The notes under the pieces were generated by a model that did no database searches, had not been told where the DNA came from, and saw only the letters and a list, made by a program, of their open reading frames with translations. Positions 11,900-25,095 of a stretch of DNA of 64,000 nucleotides are shown piece by piece; position 1 is the stretch's first letter; the number at the start of each line of letters is the position of its first letter. This DNA comes from Mobula hypostoma (Eukaryota). Both the position numbers and the translations under genes were made by a program. Location: NCBI RefSeq assembly GCF_963921235.1, contig NC_086097.1, forward strand, positions 65,784,001 to 65,848,000, given 5' to 3'.

Positions 11900-14790
11900 T
11901 TAGAACATAGAATATTTAACTGCATGAACAGGCCCTTCGGTCCACTGTGTCTGCACCTTCACCTCGACTGGTAGGGCAACCTCATGCCTTATTTTAGTCC
12001 TCATGATTTCTTTCTTTAGTGTTCTCTTATATTTCTTATACTCCATAAGTCTCTCATTTGTTCGTACCTGCCTAAACCTTTTTTTTAACCATGCCTCAAT
12101 CGCTCTTGAAAACGAAGGGTCCCTAAACCTGTCATATTTACATTTTAATCTGACTGGCACACACACGCTTTGTACTCTCAAAGTTTCACTTTTGAAGTCC
12201 TTCCACTTACCAAGTACACATCTGCCAGAAAATAGCCTGTCCCAGTCCACACTTGCCAGGTCCTTTCTGATAACATCAGAATTGGCCTTGCTCCAATTGA
12301 GAAACTCTACCTGCAAACTTGACCTATCTTTTTCCATATTTAGTTTGAAACTAATGGTATTATGATCACTAGATGCAAAGTGTTCCCCATCACAAACTTC
12401 TGTCACCTGTCCTGCCTCATTCTCTAATAGCAGATGAAGTATCGCACACTCTCTCCTTGGGACCTCTATGATCTGATTAAGGAAACTTTCCTGAATACAT
12501 CTGACACAAACTATCACATCTTGTCATTTTACAGAATGGAAGTCCCAGTCAATATGTGGAAAGTTAAAATCATCTACTATAACAACCTTCTGTTTCTTGC
12601 AGCAGTCTGCGATCTTTTTACAAATTTGTTCCTTTAAATCTCGCGGACTGTTGGGTGGTCTATAACATAGCCACATAGCCATATAGTAATACCTTTCTTT
12701 TTACTTAGTCCCGCCCATGAAGCCTCACTAGGCAAGTTCTCCCATCTGTCCTGACTGACCACTGCCGTGACATTTTTTCTGATTAATAACCCCTCCACGT
12801 TTCATCCTCCCCACTCTGTCGCGCCAAAAATAACGGAACCCCAAATATTTAGCTGCCAGTCCTGCCCCTCCTGCAACCACGTCTCACTAATGGCTATAAT
12901 TTCAGAATTCCCTGAGCTCATCTGCCTTTCCTACAATACTCCTTGCATTGAAATATATACACAGCTCAGGACATTAGTCACACCTTTTGATTCCTGACTT
13001 TGTCTGAGGTCTCAACAACATCTGTCTCCACAACCTCTCCACTATCGCTTCTGACACTTTGGTTCCCATCCCCTAGAACTCTAGCATAACACCTCCCCCC
13101 GCCACCCGTGCAAAACTAGCAAACCTTCCAGCTAGGACAGGGGTCCCCAACCTTTTTTGTACTGCGGACCTGTTTAATATTAAAATACTCTTGCTGCCCG
13201 GCGACCGGGAGGGGGTAGGGTTGCCAACAGACAACAGTAGCAGTCAAATGCATTGTTTACCCGAGAAAGACTACAATGACCATGAAGCCTTGCGCGGGCA
13301 CCAGTGCGCATGCGTGAACGTGCGGATTTTTTCACAAATCGTTTTTCGCGATTCTGTTCGGGGGGGGTTGGGGTGTTAATCACGACCAGAATATAGGTGA
13401 TAAGTGGCTAATACACACAATTTCGTTTCTAAAAGGGTTTATCTAACGAATTTAATATTAAACTCACAGCACATATTTTCCTCGCATGAATACAGTGATA
13501 AGTCAATTATCAGGGGAGCTTGAAGTAAGTGTTGAACGAACTTCCAGTAGAAGTGGTGGAGGCAGGTTCAATATTATCATTTAAAGAAAAATTGGATGGG
13601 TATATGGACAGGAAAGGAATGGAGGGTTATGGGCTGAGTGCAGGTCGGTGGGACTGGGTGAGAGTAGCGTTCGGCACGGACTAGAAGGGTCGAGATGGCC
13701 TGTTTCTGTGCTGTAATTGTTATATGGTCATATAAGTCACTTATAAGTCAATAGCGCCATAACATTTTAAGTAATGTTTGGATATTAAACACACAGCACA
13801 TATTTTCCCCGTATGAACATATAAAATCATTGCAACACACCAATATCGCTGAATCAGTGGGAGCCCTGGGCTTGTTTCCCTGCAACAAGACGGTCCTATC
13901 GAAGGGTGATGGGAGACAGCAATACTCAAAGGGGGTTCCTTATGCCCAGTCTATTCCGCAGATTAGATTTCGTTGCATTCATTGCAGAGATATGTTGGAA
14001 ATGGAAGCAACGTTTTCAGTGCTTTCGTGGCTATCTCAGGATATTTAGGACTTTGATCCAGAATGCCGGCGGAGATGTTATGCCAAACATACTTTTCAAC
14101 CTGCCGTCATTTGCAAGCTTGAGGAGCTAATCTCCTTCCCGCGCTGATATGGATGATGCGCGGGTAATGACCTCACGTATGTTCAAGCTCAACAGGGGAC
14201 GTGACAGGGAATGAAGGAAGGTGCAGCTGTCTCATATCACCAAATCATATAGTTTCCTCGCGGCCCAGTAGCACATGCTTTGCGGCCCGGTGGTTGGGGA
14301 CCGCTGAGCTAGGATATTACTTCCCCTCCAGTTCAGGTGCAAACTTTCTCTTCTGTACAGATCCTACCTTCTGTAGAGGAGAGCCCTATGATCCAAAAAT
14401 ATGATCCCCTCTCTTCTACACCAACTCCTCAGTCATGTGTTAAACTGTATGATCTTCCTAATTCTGGCCTCACTAGCACATGGCACTTGTAGAAGTTCTG
14501 AAGTCACAATCCTGAAAGTCCTGAATTTTAACTTAGCACTAACTCCCTGAACTCACTTTGCAGAACTTCATCACTCTTCCTACCTATGCCATTGGTACCT
14601 ACGTGGATCATGACCTCTGGCTGCTCACCCTCCCACTTAAGAATGCTGAGAACTCGACCTGAGGTGTCCTGGACCCTGGCATTCGGGAGTCTGTGACTTT
14701 CCTCTGTGACGTCATCACCTCCCAACAGTATCTAAAGTGGTATTCCTGCTTTTGAGGGGGATGACCACAGGGGTACTCTGCACTGGCTGA
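11900..14790 (-). mobile_element. CR1 LINE fragments (ORF2 APE region and ORF1 esterase), split by a hAT insertion
   Basis: ORF 11900-12517 has GEHFASSDHNTISF (APE end); ORF 14528-14725 has PEVMIHVGTNGIG (SGNH esterase of CR1 ORF1). Confidence 0.8.
13138..14306. mobile_element. Non-autonomous hAT transposon carrying a CR1 3' fragment (~13517-13730)
   Basis: TIRs caggggtccccaacc / ggttggggaccgctg; perfect 8-bp TSD agctagga at 13130-13137 and 14307-14314. Confidence 0.92.
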
Positions 14791-14919
14791 CCTGAGTGAA
14801 CTATGTCTTCTCATGCTTCAGTTTTCTGATTTCCGCTGCTCTCACTAGCTCATTTAGACTTGATCAGATTGTATGTCACCTTGATACCGCGCTAGAGGTG
14901 AACATCTCAAGACACTTAT

Positions 14920-17900
14920 TCATTCATTCAGGTGCCTTGCCACTCGGCATGGTTGATCATGTCTCTCCATCCATAACGGTCCCTGACCCTCCGAATTTTA
15001 GTTGTTGCCTCCCCTGTTTCTAACCATGATGTTATTCCATCTATCATTTTCATTCTCTGTCTGCCTCTGCTTCTTTTTCCTTCCAGCTTTCCAGTTGTAA
15101 CTAAATGTTCTAATGTCTCTCTTTGCATGATGTGTCCAAAGATTGCTATTTTCTGATTTTTTTAAGTAATGTACGTTTTGTTTTTGTTCTCTGTGGAACT
15201 CCTTCGTTGGTTATCCTGTCCATATATGATATGCATAGCATTCTTCTGAGGAACCACATCTCTGCTGCATTGATTCTTTTTTCCATTGCATTTGTGATGG
15301 TCCATCTCTCGCAACCATACATCAATATAGGAAGAATGTAGCAGCTGAGAGTTCTCAGGTGGATGTCAATTGCTTTTTTCTTGTTCATTAGGATGTTTCT
15401 CATTTCTGTAAATTCTGTTCTTGCCATCGCTATTCTTGCTTTTATGTCTGTTTTGCATTTGCCATCAGATGTTACCCATGATCCAAGGTACTTGAAGTTG
15501 TGAACTTGTTTCAGGATTTCATTTCCCAATATGATCCTACAGTTTGGGATATCAGGTTTCTTTGATATTACCATTACTTCAGTTTTCTTTTTGTTTAAGG
15601 TTAGGCCAAGTCTTTTGCTCTCTGTGTTGATGGTAGATACAGGTTTCCCCCGCCATCCGAATGTAGAGCGTTCCTATGAAACAGTTCGTAAGCCGAAATG
15701 TCGTAAAGCGAAGAAGCAATTACCATTTATTTATATGGGAAAATTTTGTGAGCATTCGCAGACCCAAAAATAACCTACCAAATCATGCCAAATAACACAT
15801 AAAACATAAAATAACAGTAACATATAGTAAAAGCAGGAATGATATGATAAATACACAGCCTATATAAAGTAGAAATACTTTTCCACAATCATTACTGAAC
15901 TGTTCTCCGGAGCGAAAGTCTCACACGAGCGCCGTCGGCAGAAAATCTCACGCAAGCACTGTAGGCAAAAACATGCGCAAGCGCTCTTCAGTAACCTTTA
16001 AGCTATGAAGCTGCCAAATCATACCAAATAACACGTAAAAATACACAGCCTATATAAAGTAGAAATAATGTATGTACAGTGTAGTATCACTTAACGGAAT
16101 TGATTCAGCACCGAGCACACTGATGATGGTGTGTTAGACTGAGTCGTTGGAGTTTGGGTGGTGCAGTGGCCCCCCCACCCTCCAGGCCGCTGAGCGATAC
16201 ATTGCCGCGAAGAACACAGGAGTCCAGCGGTAGCCTGGAGGTACACAGCACATCTTTAAGAAAAAAGCCGAAACAAACATGCTAATTAATTAGGTGCTGC
16301 CCATAATTGTTGGCCCAGATCAGTGCCAATTTCCGATTGCGTCGTCTCTGATCTGGGCTGACAATTACGTGTCAGCGGCACCTAATTAATTAGCATGTTT
16401 ATTTCGGCTTTTTTCTTAAAGATGTGCTGTGTGCCTCCTGGCTACCTTTGCATTCTCTGCGAATCGTTATCTGTCCGTGGCCTGGGGGTTGGGGTGGTGG
16501 GACACTGGGGTATCATCTCCTCGCCTGTTTCCATTAGAGCAGGCAGCTCATCTTCTCCTATGACTGCCCGCCTCGATGTCGAAGGTCGAGGTTCGTCGTC
16601 TACTGTGGCTGACATGGAAGGCTTCCTTGACTGCTGAGCCTCGCGTATTTTTCTATCACACAGTTCTTTAATAAGGACTCAAACCATCCTGCAAATATCC
16701 CCTAAACCGACATACCCTTTCAAAATTAAAGTCGTACTTTATCATTACTCATTCGGTTTCGATTGGTATCCTTTTTTCTTCCAATTGCACCAGCTCTTCA
16801 TCTGTCAGTTCTTGGTGATGGGATGCCAAAACCTCTTCAACATCATCTTCGTCAGCTTCCGCAAGCCAAACTCACGTTGTCCTTACTTCATTCACCACGA
16901 TCAAAACGCTTAATTATGTCTAGTTTTACTGTAATTGTAACACCCTTACGAGCTCTTTCAGGCTTTTCCGATACCATAGAACCTCATCTTGCAAACGGCT
17001 GCTCACAGGCTCGTGGTTAAGCAATGTTGGCGAGAATCCGGGGGAGAGCGGCTGCTCGGGGCGCGCTGCCTTTTATCGCGCGCTGATTTTTTATAACGCT
17101 CTGAATTTTTTTTCGTAACAGTGAAAACACCTTCTGAAAGCGAAAATAGGGTACTAATGTAGGTCTTTCATAACAGTGAGGTTTCGTAAAGCGAACGTTG
17201 GAAAAGCGGGGGACACCTGTACTGGTTTCTGTAAATTTACTTCACTGTTTGCTATCAGTACTGTATCATCCGCATAGCAGAGGTTGTTGATATTGTATCC
17301 TACTATACTTATTCCAGGTAAGTCTTGTCTGGTTCTCATAATGTTTTCACTGTACGGGGAGAACAGGTCTGGTGATAGAACACAATCCTGTCTGACTCCT
17401 CGCCTTATTGGCTGATATTCACCAATCTCATTGTCTATCCGCATGACTGCACTTTGTTGCCAGTAGAGATTCCTGATTATTCTTAGATCTTTTCCGTCGA
17501 TATTAATATCTTTAAGTATTTTCATGATGACTTGGTGTTTCACACCAAGACTTTTGTGTAGTCAATGAAACAGAAGTATAGGTCTTGTACTTCTATTGAC
17601 CTTTCGATAATATTCCTGAGAATATAAGTGGCATTTGATGTTTCCTTGCCTTCGACAAAGCCGCACTGTTCTTCACTGATCTCTGGTTTAATTTTGTTTC
17701 TTATTCTGAGCATGATGATTCTAAGTAGAATTTTTATGAGGTGGCTCATTAAACTAATTATTCTGTGTTGTCCACACTCTGTTGCACCTGGTTTCTTTGG
17801 CAGTGCAATGAATACTGTCTTTAAAAGATCTTCTGGTACTTTGCCTCTGTTGTATATTCTATTCAATAAGATTGTTAATTTCTCTACACCAAAATCTTCT

Positions 17901-19735
17901 AGCGCTTCATATAGTTCAACCGGAATGTTATCTGGTCCTGATGATTTCCCCTTTTTTCATAACATGTTCCACTTCTTCTTTCAGTATTGCTGGGCCCTCA
18001 TTGTTGTTGCCGATATCAAAGTTGTCCTCTCGGTCTTTGTCGCCATATAGGTCTTTGATGTATTCTGACTATCTTTGCACTACTTTTCCTTTTTCCATAA
18101 TTGTAGAGCCGTCTTTTGCTTTTATACATCCTGTTGTTGCCCCACTTTTCTTCCGATTTGTGACCTCTTTGATCTCGTCGTGCATACATTTGCTGATGTT
18201 GGTCTTCTGCAGTTGTTCTATTAACTCACATTTGTCCTTAAGCCACTTTTGATTTGCTTCCGTGCACTTGGTTGTTATCTGGGCATACAAGGATACGTAG
18301 GCTTTTTCATTTTCGTTACATTTTCTTCTTTGTTCCATAAGATTCAGAATTTCTTCTGTCATCCATTTCTTTTTAGCTTTTTTCTGTTGTTTGGGTATCA
18401 CCTCTTGTACTGCTTGTGTTATCCTTTCTCTGAGGTTTTCCCATTGCTGCTCTATAATAGTGATGTTTTGGAGAGCCTGGAATTTGTTCTTCACTGTTAT
18501 TTGGAATTCACTTTTGATGTCACTGTTTTTTCTCAAAAGTCCCAAATTCAGCTTTGACTCTACTCTTGGTCTTTTAAGCTTTCTGAGTCTCAGGTACATC
18601 ACGCTGATTATTGGTACATGATCACTGTAGCAGTCTGCACCCGGATATGTTTTGCATGATTTCAGAGCATTTCTATACCTTCTCCTTATAAGCACGTAAT
18701 CAATCTGGTTTCTGGTGTTATCCCCTGGGTTCTTCCATGTCCATAGTTTTCTCAGGTGTTGCTTGAAGACGGTATTACGAATTATATAATCTTTTTCTGT
18801 GACCCATGTAGCTAGTTGTTCACCTCTCTCATTTCTCTCACCTATGCCGTAATACCCAATATTGTCCTTGTCCCTGGTCTTGCCTACTTTTGCGTTGAAG
18901 TCACCTTGAATAATGGTATTTTCTGAACTTTTACATTGTCTTAATGCCGTTTCGAGTCTGTCATAAAATTGATGCTTTCTTCACTGCTGTCTGCTGTTGG
19001 GGCATAAACTTGAATGATGTTAATGTCAAAAGGTTTTGCATGTAGTTTCATAGGTAACATTCGATCTGATGTTGTCCAATAGCCTTTTATTTACAAGCGC
19101 TTGTATTTTGCATGTTCTTCATCTAACATAATTCCAACACCTTGTTCATGTATTTCTCCTCCTGAGTAAATGATGGTATATCCCTCTGAGCTTGTTTTAC
19201 CAGCTCCTTTCCACCTCATCTTGCACATGCCCTAGATTCGCTGTTTGATGTTGTCTAGTTTACCAGGTTGTTTAAGGGTTCTTACATTCCAGGTTGCTAG
19301 TCTGATCTTATTTGCTTTAAATCTGCCGACAGTCGCTGGATAACGGTCGAGGTTCACCTGTGGCACATGAGATCCTGTACCAGATGAGGCTCCTTCGGTG
19401 AAGGCTCCATTCACATCTTTGAGCTGAGACTGTAGTTGATTTGAGTTTATGATTTTACAAGGGAGGAATACTGAAGTGGTTTCCCATTGCCTTCTTCAGT
19501 TGCAGTGTCCATACTGGACGGGTAACCCTGGCCATTGATCAGCAGATTCATCTGCCCAGTGTTTTTAGTTTTACAACCATAAATTCCAATTGTAGAATCT
19601 GTTTGTAAAACCATTCACCACCTGCAAACCATCGCTTCACATGACCCTGATTGGGAGGCTAAACAGGTACTACACCTTGCCCAAGGGTGACCTGTAGGCT
19701 ATCGGACAGAAGGAGCGCCTTACACCTCCTTTTGC
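14920..19735 (-). mobile_element. Near full-length, degenerate RTE-clade LINE interrupted by a Tigger element
   Basis: IRLATWNVRTL, GDFNAKVG, YPGADCYSDH (APE); GVRQDCVLSP, YADDTVL (RT); FKYLGS; (tgaa)n tail near 14920; 5' UTR ~19420-19735. Confidence 0.88.
15640..17219 (-). mobile_element. Internally deleted pogo/Tigger-like DNA transposon
   Basis: TIRs caggtttcccccgc / gcgggggacacctg with TA TSD; removing it restores the RTE frame (QKPV|STINTES); the minus strand near 16976 encodes a CENP-B-like N-terminus (RKGVTITVKLDIIKRFDRGE). Confidence 0.88.
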
Positions 19736-19823
19736 TGAGCAATTGCACAGCACCGACAGTTATTAGGATCAGCTTTTTCCAATTCTACATTGTCACCTTT
19801 GTTCATTCCTTAGTCAGCTATGA

Positions 19824-21552
19824 CAGTGGTCCCCAACCACCGGGCCACAAAGCATGTGCTACCGGGCCGCAAGGGAACGTTATGATTTTGAAACGATATG
19901 AGTCAGCTGCACCTTTCCTCATTCCCTGTCACGCACTGTTGAACTTGAAATAACCTACCAAGTCATACCAAATAGCACATAAAACCTTGGTTTTGACAAG
20001 GTCCCACACAGGAGATTAGTGTGCAAACTTAAAGCACACGGTATTGGAGTATGGAATTGATGTGGATAGAGAATTGATTGGCAGACAGGAAGCAAAGAGT
20101 GGGAATAAACGGGACCTTTTCAGAATGGCAGGCAGTGACTAGTGGGGTACCGCAAGGCTCAGTGCTGGGGCCCCAGTTGTTTACAATATATATTAATGAT
20201 TTAGACGAGGGAATTAAATGCAGCATCTCCAAGTTTGCGGATGACACGAAACTCGGCGGCAGTGTTAGCTGTGAGGAGGATGCTCAGAGGATGCAGGGTG
20301 ACTTGGATAGGTTAGGTGAGTGGGCAAATTCATGGCAGATGCAATTTAATGTGGATAAATGTGAAGTTATCTACTTTGGTGGCAAGAACAGGAAAACAGA
20401 TTATTATCTGAATGGTGGCCGATTAGGAAAAGGGGAGGTGCAACGAGACCTGGGTGTCATTGTACACCAGTCGTTGAAAGTGGGCATGCAGGTACAGCAG
20501 GCGGTGAAAAAGGCTAATGGTATGCTGGCATTCATAGCAAGAGGATTCGAGTACAGGAGCAGGGAGGTACTACTGCAGTTATACAAGGCCTTGGTGAGAC
20601 CACACCTAGAGTATTGTGTGCAGTTTTGGTCCCCTAATCTGAGGAAAGACATTCTTGCCATAGAGGGGTACAAAATTCACCAGATTGATTCCTGGGATGG
20701 CAGGACTTTCATATGACGAAAGACTGGATCGACTAGGCTTATACTCTCTGGAATTTAGAAGATTGAGTGGGGATCTGATTGAAACATATAAAATTCTAAA
20801 GGGATTGGACAGGCTAGATGCAGGAAGATTGTTGCCGATGTTGGGGAAGTCCAGAACGAGGGGTCACAGTTTGAGGATAAAGGGGAAGCCTTTTAGGACA
20901 GAGATGAGGAAAAACTTCTTCACACAGAGAATGGAATTCTCTGCCACAGGAAACAGTTGAGGCCAGTTCATTGGCTATATTTAAGAGGGAGTTAGATAAG
21001 GCCCTTGTGGCTAAAGGGATCAGGGGGTATGGAGAGAAGGGAGGTATAGGGTTCTGAGTTGGATGATCAGCCGTGATCGTACTGAATGGCGGTGCAGGCT
21101 CGAAGGGCTGAATGGCCTACTCCTGCACCTATTTTCTATGTTTCTATATTAAAACCTAAAATAACACTAACATATAGTAAAAGCAGGAATGATACGATAA
21201 ATACACAGCCTATATAAATTAGAAATAGTGTATGTACAGTGTAGTTTCACCTAACAGAATCGGGAAGATTAGGCCAAAACCGATTTGTAGAAAAAAATCG
21301 GCACATACACGCACGTCACGTATGCGCACATCACGCATGCGCACTCAGGTGCCCGTGCAAGGCTTCATGGTCATGGTAGTCTTTCTCAGGGTAAACACAA
21401 GTGTCCCGTATTTGACTGCTACTTTTGTCCCTTATTTGGGAGCGAGAAAATTGCAACCCTACTTGAACACCCCCCGCACCCCGTCGGCCAATCCGCAAGA
21501 ATATTGTCAATATTAAACCGGTCCGCGGTGCAAAATAGGCTGGGGACCCCAG
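19824..21552. mobile_element. Non-autonomous hAT (related to 13138-14306, opposite orientation) with nested CR1
   Basis: TIRs cagtggtccccaacc / ggctggggacccc(ag); TSD agctatga / tgctatga (7 of 8 match). Confidence 0.85.
19988..21149 (+). mobile_element. Young 5'-truncated CR1 LINE
   Basis: GVPQGSVLGP, KFADDTKL, RPHLEYCVQFW; (tttctatg) tail; TSD taaaacct at 19980-19987 and 21150-21157. Confidence 0.93.
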
Positions 21553-22314
21553 TGCTATGAAGTCCTCATTTATTTATTTGTTTCTCCAGGTTTTACTTTT
21601 CTAATGCATACCTGGCCAGACTTTTTTGCACTGTTCTCTAAATAAGCCTTTAAATAATCCAAAATTCTGCTCTTTGTGTTCAAAGTCTCTCCATATCCTT
21701 TTCACCTAGTATCCGACAGTGGTTCCTGGTTAAGTAACATTTGCTCACACCCATCCACTCTCTCAAGTCAATTAATCAATCAAATGCCTATTATGCTGCT
21801 GGCATTTAGGGCAGCACTCTCTCAAGTACTTTGGGTATAATCTTTCCATTATTATTGACTCTGCCTGCAATTTCCAGGTTTCTAAAATCAGAAATTTCTT
21901 CCCTGAATTGGACCTCTACTTCTCTTCACTTTTTCAATGCTTCAAAACATACTACTTTAAGCAAGCTTGTTGCTCGTTATCAAATGTTAATGTTATTATG
22001 ATACATCTTAGGATGTTTTACTATGCTGGAAGTACAATATAAGGAGAAGCTGGTTGCTGAGTCAATCAAGAATATGTTTCCAAAATCCCTCCTGGAAGTT
22101 TACAAGGTTCAAAAACTAAAATACAATAAACCTTCTTATAAAGTTTTGCTTTAAAGGTAAACATGTTACTTGTAATCATGCCAGAAATAAAACGTTATTT
22201 TCAAGTTAAATCAAAGATAATACTGATGCCTTTTTAAAAATATTTTGGAACTTTCAACTGTTTCTGGATTTCTTTATTAACCATTGCCAAAATTTCAATT
22301 GGATAGTGTTCACT

Positions 22315-25095
22315 TAGGCTTGTTTTTCTTTTCACCAGTTGGAATGCCTTCTTTGTGTTGTTGTTGGAGGGGCTATCTTCAGTGTCTGCACATTGTTCGG
22401 CTATCCATCTTTGCTTTGCTTCCTTCATTTCCCTCCTGATTTCCTTGTTGATTTTCCTGTATTCTGTTCTTCCCTCTGCTGTGTTTTTATCTTTCTTTAA
22501 TTTCCTTCTTGTGTCACACATATCCAGTATCTTGTTAGTAACCCATGGTTTAGACTTGCAGCGGCTTTTCCCCAGAATCTTGCTTGCTGTTCCCGTCATC
22601 ACTGCGTTAAAGTTATTTGTGGTGGTCTCCAGGTCTTCATCAAAGAGGAGTATTGGTGCAAACTTCCCTCCAATTGCTGCCTGAAATTCTTCAGGGATGA
22701 CGGGGTCTTTCAGTTTTTCAAGGTCGAATCTCAGCTGGCTGTTTTTTGGCTTGTTGATTCTCTTCAAGTGCACTATGATGTTCCTCGTGACAAGGTCATG
22801 GTCACTGCCCATGTCTGCTCCTGGGAATGTTCTGGTCTTCGGTCTGTTCACACCAGATTTGTGCTGTCTTTGCACCAGGATGTAGTCAATCTGGTGATGT
22901 TAACCATTGGGGGCATGCCAGGTCCATCTTCAGGATACTTTGTGCTCTCCAAGTGTGTTTGACAGTACCGTGTTGTTATCACTGGCAAATTCCAGCAGGC
23001 GTAGTCCCATCTGGAGGTGTAATTGCATGAGGGGCCGATGAGATCCGCCCACTCATCTTGTGCGTCTCTGCCCACCTTGGCAGAGGTGACTATCCAATCA
23101 TGCGTGAAGAAGTTGAAGTCGCAATAAGATCACTGAAATGCGGGAAGTCAGCAAGAGTTAACGACATCCCTGCTGAACTACTGAAACATGGAGGAGAGGC
23201 CACAATAAACATGCTTATCACCATCTGCAATAAGATCTGGCGGACAGGTGAATGGCCGACACCTTGGACTCAGTTGCTGATCAGTTGCTGATCAAGAAAA
23301 GCAATCTCCAACTTTCCCAGAAGTACTGTACCATCAGTTTGATCAGCCATGTAAGCAAGGTAATGCTCAGAATCATCTTGAACAGACTGAGACCTCAGGC
23401 AGAAGACATCATTGTCGAGGAACAAGCAATCTTCTGTAAAGGCAGAAGCACCACTGAGCAGATTTTCAACCTCCGCATCCTTGTGAGAAACACCTTCAGC
23501 ACCAGAGAAAGTTCTACCACGTCTTCATAGGCTTCAGGAAGGTGTTTGACAGAGTCTGGCAGGATGCCTTATGGGCCACCATGAAGAAATTCAACATGGG
23601 GCAGAAGCTGATTCATACAATCCATCAGCTTTACGCCAAGGCAACCAGTGCAGTGCTCGCTCAGGGCACCATCGGGGAGTGGTTCCATACCTCTGTAGGG
23701 GTCCGTCAGGCCTGCCTCCTCTCCACCAGTCTCTTCAACGTCTTACTGGAATGAATCATGAGTGTTGCCCTTGAAGATCATGTGGGCACAATCAGCATCG
23801 GAGGGAGCAACATCACTGTTAGAGTGAGTTTTTGGGTAAATGATTCATTTACACAAATGACTTTGGCCACCAGTCTTCTGTTTGACAAAGTACTGTGGAT
23901 TGAGTTCACAACAATGCATTTCCTAAAAGCTGTGAATATCGGAATACTAACTAGATGCTGCAGATGGAAGTGTGAAGTTCACAGGTAGTTTCGAAGACAG
24001 CCTTATCTATACTTTATAAATATTAATTGTCCTCTATGTTAGCACGTAAAATACCAAATAAATGTATTGTGGATTTGACTTGTACTCCTAAAGGCTGTGA
24101 GTACCAACCCAGACATGGTGGCGTCGGGAGGAAAGGATGAAGTCAGAAGGTGTGATGTTTTGTATGTAGCTTCAAAAGAAAGCATTGTCTATGCATTGTC
24201 TATAACTTTGTAAATAGTGATTGCCCTTTGTGTTTAGCATATAAATATCGAGCCCACATTGGGCTAGCAAACCTTTCCACCAAAATTGTCTCTGTCCGTA
24301 TGATGCCTGCTGTACCTTGTGTCGAATAAAGAAGCTGCTTTGTACCTACTCTGTCTCTCCGGTGATTTCATCCACGCCACAACAATCACAAACCTAAGAT
24401 TTGCTGACGACATTGATGGACTTGCAGGAAAAGAGGACGTACTGGCCAACCTGGTCAGCCATCTTGACAGAGCCTCCACAAAGTTTGGAATGGAAATAAG
24501 TGCCGAGAAAACCAAGCTCATGGCAAATGCCAGCGGTGCCATCACAACAGACATCTCAGTCCATGGTCAGAAACTTAAGACAGTGCAGCAGTTCAAGTAC
24601 CTTGGGACAATCATCAGTGATGAAGGATCAAGACCAGAAGTCCTGGCAAGAACCGCACAGACAATGACTGCACTATCCAAGCTCAAGACAATATGGAGGG
24701 ACAGCAACATCACCATGAAGTACAAGATCAGACTCCTGCGTGCATTAGTGTTCTCCATCTTCCTGTACGCATGTGAGACATTGACCCTCACAGCAGAGCT
24801 ACAGAGGAAGATACAGGCATTGGAAATGAGATGCTATGGCAACATCTTGGGCATCTTATACCTGGACCACATGGCCTTGCAAAGACCGTTCTACAAGGAA
24901 CTGTGGAGGGGAAAAGAAGGAGAGGTAAACAGAGGAAAAGATGGACGGACAACATTAAAGAATGGACAGGGAATACATTTGCAGTGACCCAGGCTCTGCC
25001 CCACAACCGCGACAGATGGAACAGACTACTGCAAAGCATGATGGCGCCCCGACAACTCCACCAGGAGTTAAGGGCACAAGGAAAGGAAAGTAAGG
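22315..25095 (+). mobile_element. RTE-clade LINE with inverted 5' part (~22315-23075 antisense), interrupted by a solo LTR
   Basis: Antisense part: TFPGADMGSDHDLV (APE). Sense part: ISLISHVSKVML, VGVRQACLLS, NLRFADDI, FKYLG. Confidence 0.85.
23817..24384 (+). mobile_element. Solo LTR (568 bp)
   Basis: TGTT...AACA termini; 5-bp TSD atcac at 23812-23816 and 24385-24389; AATAAA at ~24325; removing it restores RTE sequence (SNIT|NLRFADD). Confidence 0.88.

Noticed and set aside
19610..19735. HDV-like ribozyme at the RTE 5' end
   Set aside because: The minus strand forms hairpins (aaggag/ctcctt; caggt-cacc/ggtg-acctg), but I could not fit the HDV double-pseudoknot by eye.
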